Below are positions 8,146-17,995 of a stretch of 64,000 nucleotides of DNA, in pieces. Every line of letters starts with the position of its first letter. Position 1 is the first letter of the stretch. Below the pieces are notes generated by a model. That model saw nothing but the letters and a program-made list of their open reading frames with translations, ran no database searches and was not told the DNA's origin. The stretch is from an uncultured virus (IMG/VR IMGVR_UViG_3300025655_005747) (Duplodnaviria; Heunggongvirae; Uroviricota; Caudoviricetes), in the IMG/VR virus record IMGVR_UViG_3300025655_005747. One strand, 5' to 3'. The translations under genes were made by a program, and so were the position numbers.

Positions 8146-9449
8146 TGAAGAAAACTGTATTATTGAGAGGACCAGTTCTCAGCCGCTCCGGATACGGAGA
8201 GCAAACTAGATTTGCTTTAAGAGCATTGCGCAGTCGCGAGGATATATTTGATATTTTTATTCATCCGCTCGGATGGGGACAAACCGGATGGGTTTCTTCT
8301 TCTGATGAAGAAAGAAAGTGGATTGATCAAAAGATAGAGAAGACAATTAGTTACGTCCAAAATGGCGGTACGTTTGATATTTCTGTTCAATCTGCACTTC
8401 CTAATGAGTTTGAGAAGCTGGCGACCACAAACATCGGTTACACTGCTGGAATAGAAACAACAAAGTGTGCGATAGAGTGGATAGATAAAGCAAATTCTTC
8501 TGTTGATGAGATAATTTTTGTTTCAAGTCACTCCAAGAATGTATACGACAACACAACTCATATTGTTGCCGTTAATGCTCAAGGGCAAGGAAAAGTAATT
8601 GAAAATCAAAACGATCCGATACTGCAAGATCCCAATTTCCAACTTCGAGAAATGAGTTCAACCGTAGAGACGCACGCAGTAAATTACCCAGTTAAAAACT
8701 ATGACGATCTTAGTGCTCTAGATTTGAATCTAACCACCGATTATAATTTTGCTTGTGTTGCTCAGTTTGGACCCAGAAAGAACCTACAAAATACCATTGA
8801 GTGGTTCATTCAGGAATTCCATGACGATGCCGATGTGGGCTTGATAGTAAAGACTAATGTTGTTAAGAATAGTCTCATTGATAGAGAAGCATGTGAGGGT
8901 CGTCTAAAAGGAATAACGTCAAAATATCCAGATAAGAAGTGTAAAATATACCTTCTCCATGGCGATATGACTGATAAGGAGATGCACGAAATTTATTTAA
9001 ATGATAAAGTATTCGCTGCCCTATCTCTAACACATGGTGAAGGCTTTGGTCTTCCGTTGTTTGAAGCAGCTTATATGGGTGTTCCTGTAATCGCCCCAGG
9101 CTGGTCAGGGCAAATGGATTTCTTGTGTGATGAAAATGGAAAAGAACATTTCTATAATGTTGCGTTCGATTTGAATCCTGTGCAAGAAGAGGCGGTTTGG
9201 CAAGGTGTTATTCTTAAAAATTCAATGTGGGCATATGCTCGTGAGACCTCCGCAAAAGAAAAGATGCGCGCATGCTACAATGACGCTAAAGAAGGCAAGC
9301 TAGATGAATATCAGCAATATGCTGAAGCCCTTAAAGAAAGATTCAACGAGAGCAAGATGTACGAACAATTTATTGCGGCTATGGATGTTGAAGCTTCCTT
9401 TAACGTTGAGTCTTGGTTGAATGATTTAGATATCGAAGAAATGGAATGA
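8145..9449 (+). CDS. Glycosyltransferase, GT-B/GT4-like
   Basis: GPVLSRSGYG, PRKN and GEGFGLPLFEAAYMGVPVI; TAATG overlap with the previous gene. Confidence 0.9.
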   Translation: MKKTVLLRGPVLSRSGYGEQTRFALRALRSREDIFDIFIHPLGWGQTGWVSSSDEERKWIDQKIEKTISYVQNGGTFDISVQSALPNEFEKLATTNIGYTAGIETTKCAIEWIDKANSSVDEIIFVSSHSKNVYDNTTHIVAVNAQGQGKVIENQNDPILQDPNFQLREMSSTVETHAVNYPVKNYDDLSALDLNLTTDYNFACVAQFGPRKNLQNTIEWFIQEFHDDADVGLIVKTNVVKNSLIDREACEGRLKGITSKYPDKKCKIYLLHGDMTDKEMHEIYLNDKVFAALSLTHGEGFGLPLFEAAYMGVPVIAPGWSGQMDFLCDENGKEHFYNVAFDLNPVQEEAVWQGVILKNSMWAYARETSAKEKMRACYNDAKEGKLDEYQQYAEALKERFNESKMYEQFIAAMDVEASFNVESWLNDLDIEEME

Positions 9450-10282
9450 AAATAGTATTTGTCGCTGACTTCTTTGCTGATCAAGTGCTTGGCGGCGGAG
9501 AACTAAACAACGAGGAGCTAATAAATATACTAGTTTCACAAGGACACTCTGTAGAGAAAGTTAATAGCCATGTTGTAACAAGCGAATTCGTTGAACAAAG
9601 AAAAGATCACAAGTTTGTAATTGCTAACTTTGTAGCACTTCCTCATGGAGCCAAAGAACTGTTTTATGATAAGCAGTATATAATATACGAGCATGATCAC
9701 AAGTATTTAAGCACCCGCAATCCGGGTGTTTTTCCTAATTTCAAAGCACCAAGCGAGCACGTCATTAATTTGGAATTTTATCAGAACGCCAAAGCAGTAT
9801 TGTGTCAGTCGGCATTCCATACAGACATCGCACTAAAGAACACAAATCTAACAAACCTTGTAAATCTTGGTGGAAACATATGGGACATAGACTCATTGAA
9901 CTTTGTATCCGAACAAGCCGATGTAGAAAAAAACGGTAGATACGCTATAATGAATTCAAACATAAGACACAAGAATACCGCTGGTGCAATAAAGTTTTGT
10001 AATGCAAAGGGATATGATTACACTTTGATCCAAAGTGGAGAATACAAGCAGTTTCTCAAAGCAATGGGAGAAAACAAGTCGCTAGTATTCCTTCCAGAAA
10101 CCCCAGAAACGCTTTCTAGGATAGTTGTAGAGGCTCGGATGATGAATATGGGGATTGTTACCAATAAGTTAATAGGAGCCGCTAGCGAGCCTTGGTACGC
10201 TCTTAAAGGGCACGAACTGATAGAAGTGATGAAACAAAAGAGAAGTGAAATAACAAACAAGGTTTTGGAGAGTTTAAAATGA
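9446..10282 (+). CDS. Glycosyltransferase-like (GT-B)
   Basis: GGGE N-terminal motif and PETLSRIVVEARMMNMGIVT (Ex7E-type motif). Confidence 0.65.
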   Translation: MKIVFVADFFADQVLGGGELNNEELINILVSQGHSVEKVNSHVVTSEFVEQRKDHKFVIANFVALPHGAKELFYDKQYIIYEHDHKYLSTRNPGVFPNFKAPSEHVINLEFYQNAKAVLCQSAFHTDIALKNTNLTNLVNLGGNIWDIDSLNFVSEQADVEKNGRYAIMNSNIRHKNTAGAIKFCNAKGYDYTLIQSGEYKQFLKAMGENKSLVFLPETPETLSRIVVEARMMNMGIVTNKLIGAASEPWYALKGHELIEVMKQKRSEITNKVLESLK

Positions 10283-11247
10283 AAAAAGAAAAAGTTTATT
10301 GCCTTGACTATAATCAACATGCCGGTAAATGGATATATGATGGATATCAAAGTGCTTGGGAACACCTTGGCTACGAATTACAAGTCGGGAGAGATTCTGA
10401 AAATTCTCAAACGACCTGCCTTTCTCTGATCCCGACCAACTCTGAACTATTAAGCGAAGAGTATTACATGATGTCTGTTGCCTCGCTTTTTGGAGATTCT
10501 GATAGTATTAAAGCCCTACAGCATTCGAAAAAATCGTTTTTGTTTGTACAGCCAAAAGTATTTCCAGAACCATGGGGAAGACACCCAAACTATGTTTGCA
10601 ATCTTGAGCAGCAATGGGTTGATGAGATAAGTAAATTAGATAATGTTATTCTGTGGACATTTACAAATGTTAGTGAAGAAGGCCAGCAAAAGTATTTTAC
10701 TCAATGGGATAAAAAAATACACACTTTCCCATTAGCATTTGACTCTATCAACTATAAGCCACAAGAAGTTGAGAAAATGAAACAGTTCGATATATGTTTC
10801 GTTGGCGGTTGGGCGGACAATGGTTTTAATGAGAAAAGAAAGATAATTTTAGATATCTTCAAGAGCTTTATGGAAACTGATTTAAAGTGTGGTTTTTTCG
10901 TAAACAAAAATCTGACTCACCAACAAGAATGTAATCTTTTAGCAAATAGCAAGCTGACACTGAATATTCATGATGCTTATCAAAGAGTTCTTGGATACGA
11001 TACAAACGAGAGGACGTTTAAGTCTTTGGGTCTTAACGGGCTCATGGTATCAGACACGGTCGGACAGTTGAACCAAATATTTCCAGATGTAAGGACAAGT
11101 TTGGAACCAAAGCAACTCGTAGAAATTACGAAAGAAATATTAGCAATGCCGGAAAATGATAGAGAAGAGTTGCGTCAAAAGAACAAAGATGATATATTAA
11201 AGAACCACACCTATGTGAACAGGCTGCAAGAGATGCTGAAAATATGA
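10279..11247 (+). CDS. Glycosyltransferase, CgeB / Glyco_trans_1_2-like
   Basis: PLAFD, DICFVGG, LNIH...NERTF, and HTYVNRL C-terminus. Confidence 0.75.
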   Translation: MKKEKVYCLDYNQHAGKWIYDGYQSAWEHLGYELQVGRDSENSQTTCLSLIPTNSELLSEEYYMMSVASLFGDSDSIKALQHSKKSFLFVQPKVFPEPWGRHPNYVCNLEQQWVDEISKLDNVILWTFTNVSEEGQQKYFTQWDKKIHTFPLAFDSINYKPQEVEKMKQFDICFVGGWADNGFNEKRKIILDIFKSFMETDLKCGFFVNKNLTHQQECNLLANSKLTLNIHDAYQRVLGYDTNERTFKSLGLNGLMVSDTVGQLNQIFPDVRTSLEPKQLVEITKEILAMPENDREELRQKNKDDILKNHTYVNRLQEMLKI

Positions 11248-11978
11248 GTCCCAAAGTAACCATCATAATACCTTGCTATAACTCAGAGAAGTGGATCGAA
11301 GAATGTATCATGTCTGCGCTAAACCAAACTTATGATAACAAAGAAGTAATTTTTGTTGATAATGAAAGTTCCGATTCAAGTTTAGAAATAGCAAAAAGAA
11401 TACAAGAAACTCACAAAGAATTAGTAGTCGAGACAGCAGAAAACATCTACAAACATTCTTATCAGGAACCAGTAGAAAAGGCGCTGAGTATTTCGACCGG
11501 TGAATATGCAACAATATTGGGATCTGATGACTTCATCGATGAAGACTATATAAAAAATATAGCCGAAATTTTAAGCAAGTCTGATAAAATTTCCGTATTA
11601 CAGTCTCCGGTAAGGGGCGTGAAGGGCGTAGAAAAAACATTTGTAGGGGAGATCTCACATTCTTATAAAAATCTGCAACAGTTTAAAGAACAGCTTTTCA
11701 TTCGATGCCCAGTAACGACACCGACGATAGTGTTTAAAAAATCTTTGTATGATAGTGGAATTGTTAGATGGAAGTCAGAAGAATACCTTGGCGCATGCGA
11801 CTATGAGCTATATTTTAACTTGACAGATAATAATGTTTTCATATATCCTTTTCCGAAATGGATTGGGTACTACTATAGATGGCACGAAGATCAGTGTACT
11901 TGGGGAATGCACAAAGAAAAAACTAACTTCGATCAAAAAATCAAAGACTATTGGAGAAACAAGTGGACACAAACTTAA
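11244..11978 (+). CDS. Glycosyltransferase family 2
   Basis: VTIIIPCYNSEKWI, FVDNESSD, ILGSDD, DYEL and YYRWH. Confidence 0.92.
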   Translation: MSPKVTIIIPCYNSEKWIEECIMSALNQTYDNKEVIFVDNESSDSSLEIAKRIQETHKELVVETAENIYKHSYQEPVEKALSISTGEYATILGSDDFIDEDYIKNIAEILSKSDKISVLQSPVRGVKGVEKTFVGEISHSYKNLQQFKEQLFIRCPVTTPTIVFKKSLYDSGIVRWKSEEYLGACDYELYFNLTDNNVFIYPFPKWIGYYYRWHEDQCTWGMHKEKTNFDQKIKDYWRNKWTQT

Positions 11979-12571
11979 CAGAAGAAGACTTGAGAAATTT
12001 TGAATTAGAAATATTTGATTTATTCAAGAATAAAAAAATTCATTCTCCAATCCATTTGCGTGGCGGAAACGAGAAACAGTTAATAGAAATTTTCAAAAAT
12101 ATAAAACACGAAGATTATTGTTTTGCGACTTGGGCTAGCCATTTAGAATGTTTATTGAAAGGCGTTCCAAGAGAAGAATTAAAGAAAGCAATATTGAAAA
12201 ATAAATCTATTTGCCTATCTTTTAAAGAATACAATATTTTGTCTTCTGCAATTGTTGGTGGAAATGCGCCGATCGCCGTTGGTATAGCAAAAGGCTTGAA
12301 GATGAAAGGTTCAACTCAACACGTATGGTGTTTCGTGGGCGATATGTCGTTCTATACAGGTAGCGTACAGGAAAGTTTAAGGTACGCAGAAGTACATGAC
12401 TTACCAATTACTTTTGTGGTAGCTAATAATCACAAAAGCGTTGAAACGCCGACAGAAGAAGTGTGGGGTAATGATATTAAGGAACTTGCAATTAACTCAA
12501 AGAAATGCATCTATTATGAATATGAAAACCATTTCCCTCATGCTGGAATTGGAGAGAAGGTATTATTTTAA
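11963..12571 (+). CDS. TPP-dependent dehydrogenase E1 alpha-like subunit (compact)
   Basis: HLRGGNE, SAIVGG..PIAVG and the GDM...NN TPP-binding motif. GTG 11963 follows GGAG. Confidence 0.85.
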   Translation: MDTNLTEEDLRNFELEIFDLFKNKKIHSPIHLRGGNEKQLIEIFKNIKHEDYCFATWASHLECLLKGVPREELKKAILKNKSICLSFKEYNILSSAIVGGNAPIAVGIAKGLKMKGSTQHVWCFVGDMSFYTGSVQESLRYAEVHDLPITFVVANNHKSVETPTEEVWGNDIKELAINSKKCIYYEYENHFPHAGIGEKVLF

Positions 12572-13104
12572 TGACTAACTTAAACTACGCAGAAGAATTA
12601 AACAAAGCAATGTCTTATCTTTCTGAACAGGAAGATACCATTTTTCTTGGACAAAGCATGGTATATGGAGGAATTGCTATCGCTAATTCATTTAACTCTA
12701 TACCTTTGGAAAAAAGAATTGAGATGCCTGTCGCAGAAAACCTACAGTTAGGCATCTCAACTGGAATGGCGTTAACGGGTTATATCCCGATATCCGTGTA
12801 TCCAAGATGGAACTTTTTGATCTTGGCATCAGACCAGTTGGTGAATCATTTAGACAAACTTTCGGAAATGACTTTGGGGCAATATAAGCCAAAAGTAATT
12901 ATAAGAGTGGCAGTCGGAGTAACAAAGCCGGTGGATCCACAAGAACAGCATGTTGGAGACTTTACAGAAGGTTTTCAGAAAATTGTAAAGAATATTAATA
13001 TTGTGAAGCTAGAAAAGGCAGAACAAGTTATGGAAGAATACATCAAGGCGTACACACGCACAGATGGAGTTTCGACTATTCTAGTAGAAGAACATCAGTT
13101 TTAA
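12571..13104 (+). CDS. E1 beta / transketolase pyrimidine-binding domain protein (C-terminal domain absent)
   Basis: FLGQ, EMPVAENLQLGISTGMAL, DQLVNH and QH motifs; only 177 aa. Confidence 0.85.
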   Translation: MTNLNYAEELNKAMSYLSEQEDTIFLGQSMVYGGIAIANSFNSIPLEKRIEMPVAENLQLGISTGMALTGYIPISVYPRWNFLILASDQLVNHLDKLSEMTLGQYKPKVIIRVAVGVTKPVDPQEQHVGDFTEGFQKIVKNINIVKLEKAEQVMEEYIKAYTRTDGVSTILVEEHQF

Positions 13105-13105
13105 A

Positions 13106-14011
13106 ATGAAGATACTGTTAGTAGCAAATAAAACTATCAGAGGAAACCCAGATAGTATTTCTTGGTATTTCGCAGACCCGATGAAAAGTCTTGGGCATGA
13201 GGTGTATTTTTACGACACTGTTAGCGGCGATCCATCTGGTACTTTTACATCAGTTCTAGAGAGCTTTAAACCAGATCTGGTGTTCTGTATTACAACAGGA
13301 AACCAAAACATGACGCCATATGAGCCATGGGAAGAACTTCTTAAGGAAACGAAGTCTGGTCGAACTAAAACATTTAATTGGTTCTGTGATGATACATGGA
13401 GATTTGACAACTTTTCTTCAAAAGCATGCGAGAACTTCACGGTGTGTTCGACTCCAGAGAGGAGCCACTTACAAAAATACAAAGAAATAGGTTACGACAA
13501 TATTATATTAGCCAATTGGCATGCTCCTTCTGAGTATTTTCCAAGTGTAAAATTTCAAGATAAGAAATTTGAAACTACTTTTATTGGTAGACTTTCGCAA
13601 CAAAGAATAAAGTTTCTTGAAAAAACAAAAGTAAAAATACAAGTCATACACAACTTAACTCAGGAACAAATGTTTCATGCATTTTCAAATACAAAATTTG
13701 GAATCAACCTATCAGTAAACTACAATGATCCAGAACTGAAAACACAAATGAAACAAAGAATATTTGAAACTACCGCTGGTGCTGGGTTGCTTGTTACTGA
13801 ATATCACCCCGGTATAGAAGAATACTTTGAGATAGATAAAGAAATAATAACGTTCGAAACAACAGAAGAGTTTAGAGAAAAAGTTACTTTCTTACAAAAC
13901 AAACCACAAATAGCTGAGAAGCTAGCAAAAGCAGGTCATGAAAGGTTTTTGAAAGAACATGACTCAAAGATAAGACTAAGCAGAGTATTAGAAGAGATAA
14001 TGGGAATATGA
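13106..14011 (+). CDS. Glycosyltransferase, CgeB / Glyco_trans_1_2-like
   Basis: WFCDD.WR, FIG, KQRIFE...G.LLVTEY and GHERFLKEH...RL. Confidence 0.85.
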   Translation: MKILLVANKTIRGNPDSISWYFADPMKSLGHEVYFYDTVSGDPSGTFTSVLESFKPDLVFCITTGNQNMTPYEPWEELLKETKSGRTKTFNWFCDDTWRFDNFSSKACENFTVCSTPERSHLQKYKEIGYDNIILANWHAPSEYFPSVKFQDKKFETTFIGRLSQQRIKFLEKTKVKIQVIHNLTQEQMFHAFSNTKFGINLSVNYNDPELKTQMKQRIFETTAGAGLLVTEYHPGIEEYFEIDKEIITFETTEEFREKVTFLQNKPQIAEKLAKAGHERFLKEHDSKIRLSRVLEEIMGI

Positions 14012-14856
14012 ATGTTTTAATCACCGGAGGAAAGGGTTTTCTTGCAAAAGAGATGGTGCGCTATTTTTCGGACAAAAAACAATACACCTTGATGGTCACT
14101 GATAGAAGCACGCTAGATCCTACAGATTATGAGAATGTAAAAGATTTTTTTGATAATGTAACCGTAGATGTTGTTATACACACTGCTGTTAAGGGTGGAA
14201 AGCGTGGGCATTTCGATAACACAAGTAATTTTTTTGATAATATTGCAATGTTTGATAATTTATCAAAATTCTCAAACAAGTTTCAAGTAATGTTTAATTT
14301 TGGTTCTGGTGCTGAATTTGATAGAAGGTTTGATATCAAAAATTCTATAGAGACAGATGTTTTTAAATCAAATCCTGTGGACATGTATGGTTTATCAAAA
14401 AATTTAATAACTAGAAGAATATACGAACTTGATACCAATATCTATAACTTAAGATTATTTGGATGTTTTGGGGTACATGAAGAACCACAAAGGTTGTTTA
14501 AAACATGTTATGAAAACTTTGCAAAGGGAATAAACGCGAATATAACCCAAGATAAGTATATGGACTATTTTTACGCACAGGATATCGGTCGTGTTATCGA
14601 GTACATCATTGCAAACCACGACATATGGGAAATGTCACCGGACTTTAATCTGTGTTACAGAGAAAAATACAAACTAAGCGAGCATGCTGCAATGATAAAA
14701 AGATTGACAAATAACACCGAAGATGTTATTATTAAGTCTAACGAGATTGCATATTCCTATACCGGAGATAATTTTCTTCTGGAAGAATTAAATATCGAAC
14801 TCGTTGGACTAGAAAAGGGTATAAAAGAATGTCTGAAAAATTGGAGCAAATCCTAA
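14008..14856 (+). CDS. NAD-dependent epimerase/reductase (extended SDR)
   Basis: LITGGKGFLA, GSGAEF, YGLSK and LRLFGCFG. Confidence 0.85.
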   Translation: MNVLITGGKGFLAKEMVRYFSDKKQYTLMVTDRSTLDPTDYENVKDFFDNVTVDVVIHTAVKGGKRGHFDNTSNFFDNIAMFDNLSKFSNKFQVMFNFGSGAEFDRRFDIKNSIETDVFKSNPVDMYGLSKNLITRRIYELDTNIYNLRLFGCFGVHEEPQRLFKTCYENFAKGINANITQDKYMDYFYAQDIGRVIEYIIANHDIWEMSPDFNLCYREKYKLSEHAAMIKRLTNNTEDVIIKSNEIAYSYTGDNFLLEELNIELVGLEKGIKECLKNWSKS

Positions 14857-16169
14857 ACTTAGTTTCTGAGTATGTTGCTGAGAAGCAAGAAAACGAGAAG
14901 TGGATACCCGGTCAAGACTGGGTTTCTTATTCTGGACCGGTCTTTGACGATAAGGAATATCTTGCGGCTATTAGGCAAGTGCTTGACGGTTGGATGATCT
15001 TTGGAAAGAACGCAAGTGAGTTCGAGCAAAAGTTTCCATCAAAGCTTGGAAAATTGTACGGAGCACTCACAAACTCCGGAAGCTCCGCCAACCTTCTTAT
15101 GGTTGCAGCTACAAAGTCCAATAGATTCAAGAAACAACTGAAAGACGGTGATAAAATCATTACACCAGTTGTTTGTTTTCCGACAACCATCAACCCCATC
15201 ATCCAAAACAATTTGGTTCCAGTATTTGTAGATGTTGAGTTGCCCAGTGTTAACTTGGACCTCGACAAAGTTGAGGAAGCCCTTGAGGCAGACCCAAGCA
15301 TCCGAGGAATTATGTTTGCTCATGTTCTTGGAAACCCGCCAGACATGGACCGCTTGATGGCGCTTATTGAAAAGTATGATCTTGTCTTTTTAGAAGATGC
15401 CTGTGATGCTCTTGGTTCTTATTACGACGGTAAGAAACTTGGTTCGTTTGGCGATATGTCTACTTGCTCTTTCTTCCCTGCTCACCACATGACGATGGGT
15501 GAAGGTGGTTTTATCGCAACAAACAGTTTGAGGACAAAGACTATTCTTGCTAGTGTTCGTGACTGGGGTCGTGCTTGTTATTGCAACACGCAGAAGCCCG
15601 GAAACGTAACAAGCGCGACAGCATGCGGAAACAGGTTTAAGAACTGGTTGCCGGGGCTTAAGGAAGCCGTGTATGATCATCGCTATGTCTTTGACGAAAT
15701 TGGATATAACCTCAAGCCGCTTGATTTACAGGCTGCAATGGGTCTGCAACAGCTTGATAAGCTTGAGATGCTAGATAGTGCTCGTAGGGTTAACTGGGAG
15801 AAGATGAAGCAAATATTCGCCCCTTACGAGCGTTTCTTTCACATTCCAGAAGCAACAGAAAAGTCTGATCCTTGCTGGTTTGCTTTTCTTCTGACTGTAA
15901 AAGAGGATGCACCGTTCTCCAGAAGCGATATTGTTGAGCACCTAGAAAGCTTCAAGATCCAAACAAGATCTTATTTCTCTGGAAACATTCTTGCTCACCC
16001 CGGTTACATACACATGGCTGAGGAGTATGGCGACATGAACGTTACATTCCCTAATGCTCAGTTGGTTACAACCAACTCATTCTTCTTGGGGACATATGCT
16101 GGTCTGACTGACGAGAAGATTCAGTATATCAAGGAAGCGGTTGATGGTTTTTTGGGAGACTTTGAGTGA
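14829..16169 (+). CDS. rfbH: NDP-4-keto-6-deoxyglucose 3-dehydrase (E1; RfbH/AscC family)
   Basis: DegT fold with NSGSSANL and EDACDALG. SFFPAHHMTMGEGG has His in place of the Schiff-base Lys. RDWGRACYC...CGNRF Cys cluster; YDHRY. Confidence 0.9.
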   Translation: MSEKLEQILNLVSEYVAEKQENEKWIPGQDWVSYSGPVFDDKEYLAAIRQVLDGWMIFGKNASEFEQKFPSKLGKLYGALTNSGSSANLLMVAATKSNRFKKQLKDGDKIITPVVCFPTTINPIIQNNLVPVFVDVELPSVNLDLDKVEEALEADPSIRGIMFAHVLGNPPDMDRLMALIEKYDLVFLEDACDALGSYYDGKKLGSFGDMSTCSFFPAHHMTMGEGGFIATNSLRTKTILASVRDWGRACYCNTQKPGNVTSATACGNRFKNWLPGLKEAVYDHRYVFDEIGYNLKPLDLQAAMGLQQLDKLEMLDSARRVNWEKMKQIFAPYERFFHIPEATEKSDPCWFAFLLTVKEDAPFSRSDIVEHLESFKIQTRSYFSGNILAHPGYIHMAEEYGDMNVTFPNAQLVTTNSFFLGTYAGLTDEKIQYIKEAVDGFLGDFE

Positions 16170-17116
16170 AACTCGTTTATGTGACTGGATGTCTAGGCTT
16201 TATAGGCTCGTATGTTACTAGAAAGTGTCTTGAGCGCGGCTGGAAAGTTTACGGCATTGATAAGGAAACATATGTCGCCAACAGGTCTTTGTTACAAGAG
16301 TTTCTTGCTCACGACAACTTTCATTATTTAAATGTTGATATAAAAGACCTAGACCATCTATATGACTGTGACTATGTTATTAACACTGCCGCTGAATCTC
16401 ATGTTGGAAACAGTATTATTGATAGCAAAGAGTTTATCAACAGCAATATTGTTGGCGTACAAAACCTTCTCGATCTAATCAAAAATAAGCCCGTTAATTG
16501 TAACCGTCGTCCAATTTTCTTCCATTTTAGTACCGACGAGGTATATGGAGACATTGTTGAAGGCGAGCACACGGAAACAGATTTGCTTCATCCTAGTAAC
16601 CCTTACTCTGCCGCTAAAGCCGCGGCAGACATGCTTGTTCTTGCTTGGGCGAGGACTTATGACTTAGAATACGTCATATTGCGACCAACGAATAACTATG
16701 GTATTGGACAGTATCCCGAAAAGCTTATACCTCTGTCTGTTAAAAACCTTATGAGAGACAAAAAGATACGCTTGCACAACGGGGGCACTCCAGTTAGAAA
16801 TTGGCTTCATGCAGATGATACTGCGGAAGCCGTGATGGCTATTATAGACTCCGGAAATGTAAATGAGATCTATAATGTTGCCGGTGGATTCGAACAAAAA
16901 AATATTGAGACAGTATTAAAAGTAATTGACTGTTATCATGAAAGTGATTATAAATGGGAAGAACATGTCGATTTCTCATATTCTCGTGAAGGACAAGATG
17001 TACGATATGCTTTAAATGATGATAAATTGAGAAACTTAGGGTGGTCTCCTAGAAAAGTTTTTGATGATGAAATTAGGTCCATCGTAGAATATTACAAAAA
17101 TAATTTTATATGGTGA
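16166..17116 (+). CDS. rfbB: dTDP-glucose 4,6-dehydratase-like
   Basis: TGCLGFIGS, AAESHV, STDEVYGD, PYSAAKAA, NNYG..QYPEKLIP, RNWLH and D.RY. Confidence 0.88.
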   Translation: MKLVYVTGCLGFIGSYVTRKCLERGWKVYGIDKETYVANRSLLQEFLAHDNFHYLNVDIKDLDHLYDCDYVINTAAESHVGNSIIDSKEFINSNIVGVQNLLDLIKNKPVNCNRRPIFFHFSTDEVYGDIVEGEHTETDLLHPSNPYSAAKAAADMLVLAWARTYDLEYVILRPTNNYGIGQYPEKLIPLSVKNLMRDKKIRLHNGGTPVRNWLHADDTAEAVMAIIDSGNVNEIYNVAGGFEQKNIETVLKVIDCYHESDYKWEEHVDFSYSREGQDVRYALNDDKLRNLGWSPRKVFDDEIRSIVEYYKNNFIW

Positions 17117-17119
17117 ATA

Positions 17120-17995
17120 ATGAAAACTGAATGGCACAATGGATTGAAGAAGACCATTATAGGTATACCTTTATCGAAGAAGGCGCCGCGATGGCGCTCA
17201 TCTCCACCACGACCAGAATTGCAATTGGCTGACCTGGGTTCACGCGGACCATTTGTAGATGGATTCCGAGATTACGTGAAGGATGAGCAGTTAGCAAAAT
17301 TAATCGAAGGCAAAAGAATCGCTTATGTTTGCCCATCTCCTCACTTGAAAGGAATGAAGATGGGAGAGTATATTGATTCTCATGATCTTGTTGTAAGAGT
17401 TAATCAGGCATACCACATGCGCGAAGAAGACTGGGAAGATTACGGTCAACGGACTGATATATTGATGAACTGCCTCAACATAAACAAGATCAATGCACTC
17501 CGCAAAAATATGGATTACGCACGCTCATTAAAATATATTGTGTGCCCGATGGTATCCATGTGGGATATTCAGAGAGTAAACGATTTCCTTGACGAAACCG
17601 GTACACCATGGCATAATGTATGTGATGGTTATTTGTTTAAAGTATTCAAAGAAGTGGGGACTACTTGCAACACTGGGCTGATGGGTGTCATAACACTTTT
17701 AAACTATGATGTAAAAGAAGTATACGTTACAGGTATGACCTTCTTCAACATGAACACATTTGGGCAAGTATATTATGGGAAGTATTACGAGGAAGCTCTA
17801 AAAAATGGTAATTTTAACGAAGCATCAAAAAATATCCCCAATTTTGCAGATCTTCGGATTGACATTCATCAACAAGTTCCACAAATAAATTATTTTCACA
17901 AGATGGTTTATTTTCACTATGACAGAAAACTCACATTAGATGATTATCTGGAAGAAAACTTTAAAAAAACAATAGGATTGATTAAGAGAAAATGA
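17120..17995 (+). CDS. GT29 sialyltransferase-like protein
   Basis: Sialylmotif-L-like GEYIDSHDLVVRVNQA...DYGQRTD, sialylmotif-S-like NTGLMG...EVYVTGMTF and a C-terminal His. Confidence 0.65.
   Translation: MKTEWHNGLKKTIIGIPLSKKAPRWRSSPPRPELQLADLGSRGPFVDGFRDYVKDEQLAKLIEGKRIAYVCPSPHLKGMKMGEYIDSHDLVVRVNQAYHMREEDWEDYGQRTDILMNCLNINKINALRKNMDYARSLKYIVCPMVSMWDIQRVNDFLDETGTPWHNVCDGYLFKVFKEVGTTCNTGLMGVITLLNYDVKEVYVTGMTFFNMNTFGQVYYGKYYEEALKNGNFNEASKNIPNFADLRIDIHQQVPQINYFHKMVYFHYDRKLTLDDYLEENFKKTIGLIKRK

Noticed and set aside
11963..13104. Pyruvate dehydrogenase as a central-metabolism auxiliary gene
   Set aside because: The subunits are shortened, no E2/E3 is nearby, and they are embedded among sugar-nucleotide genes.
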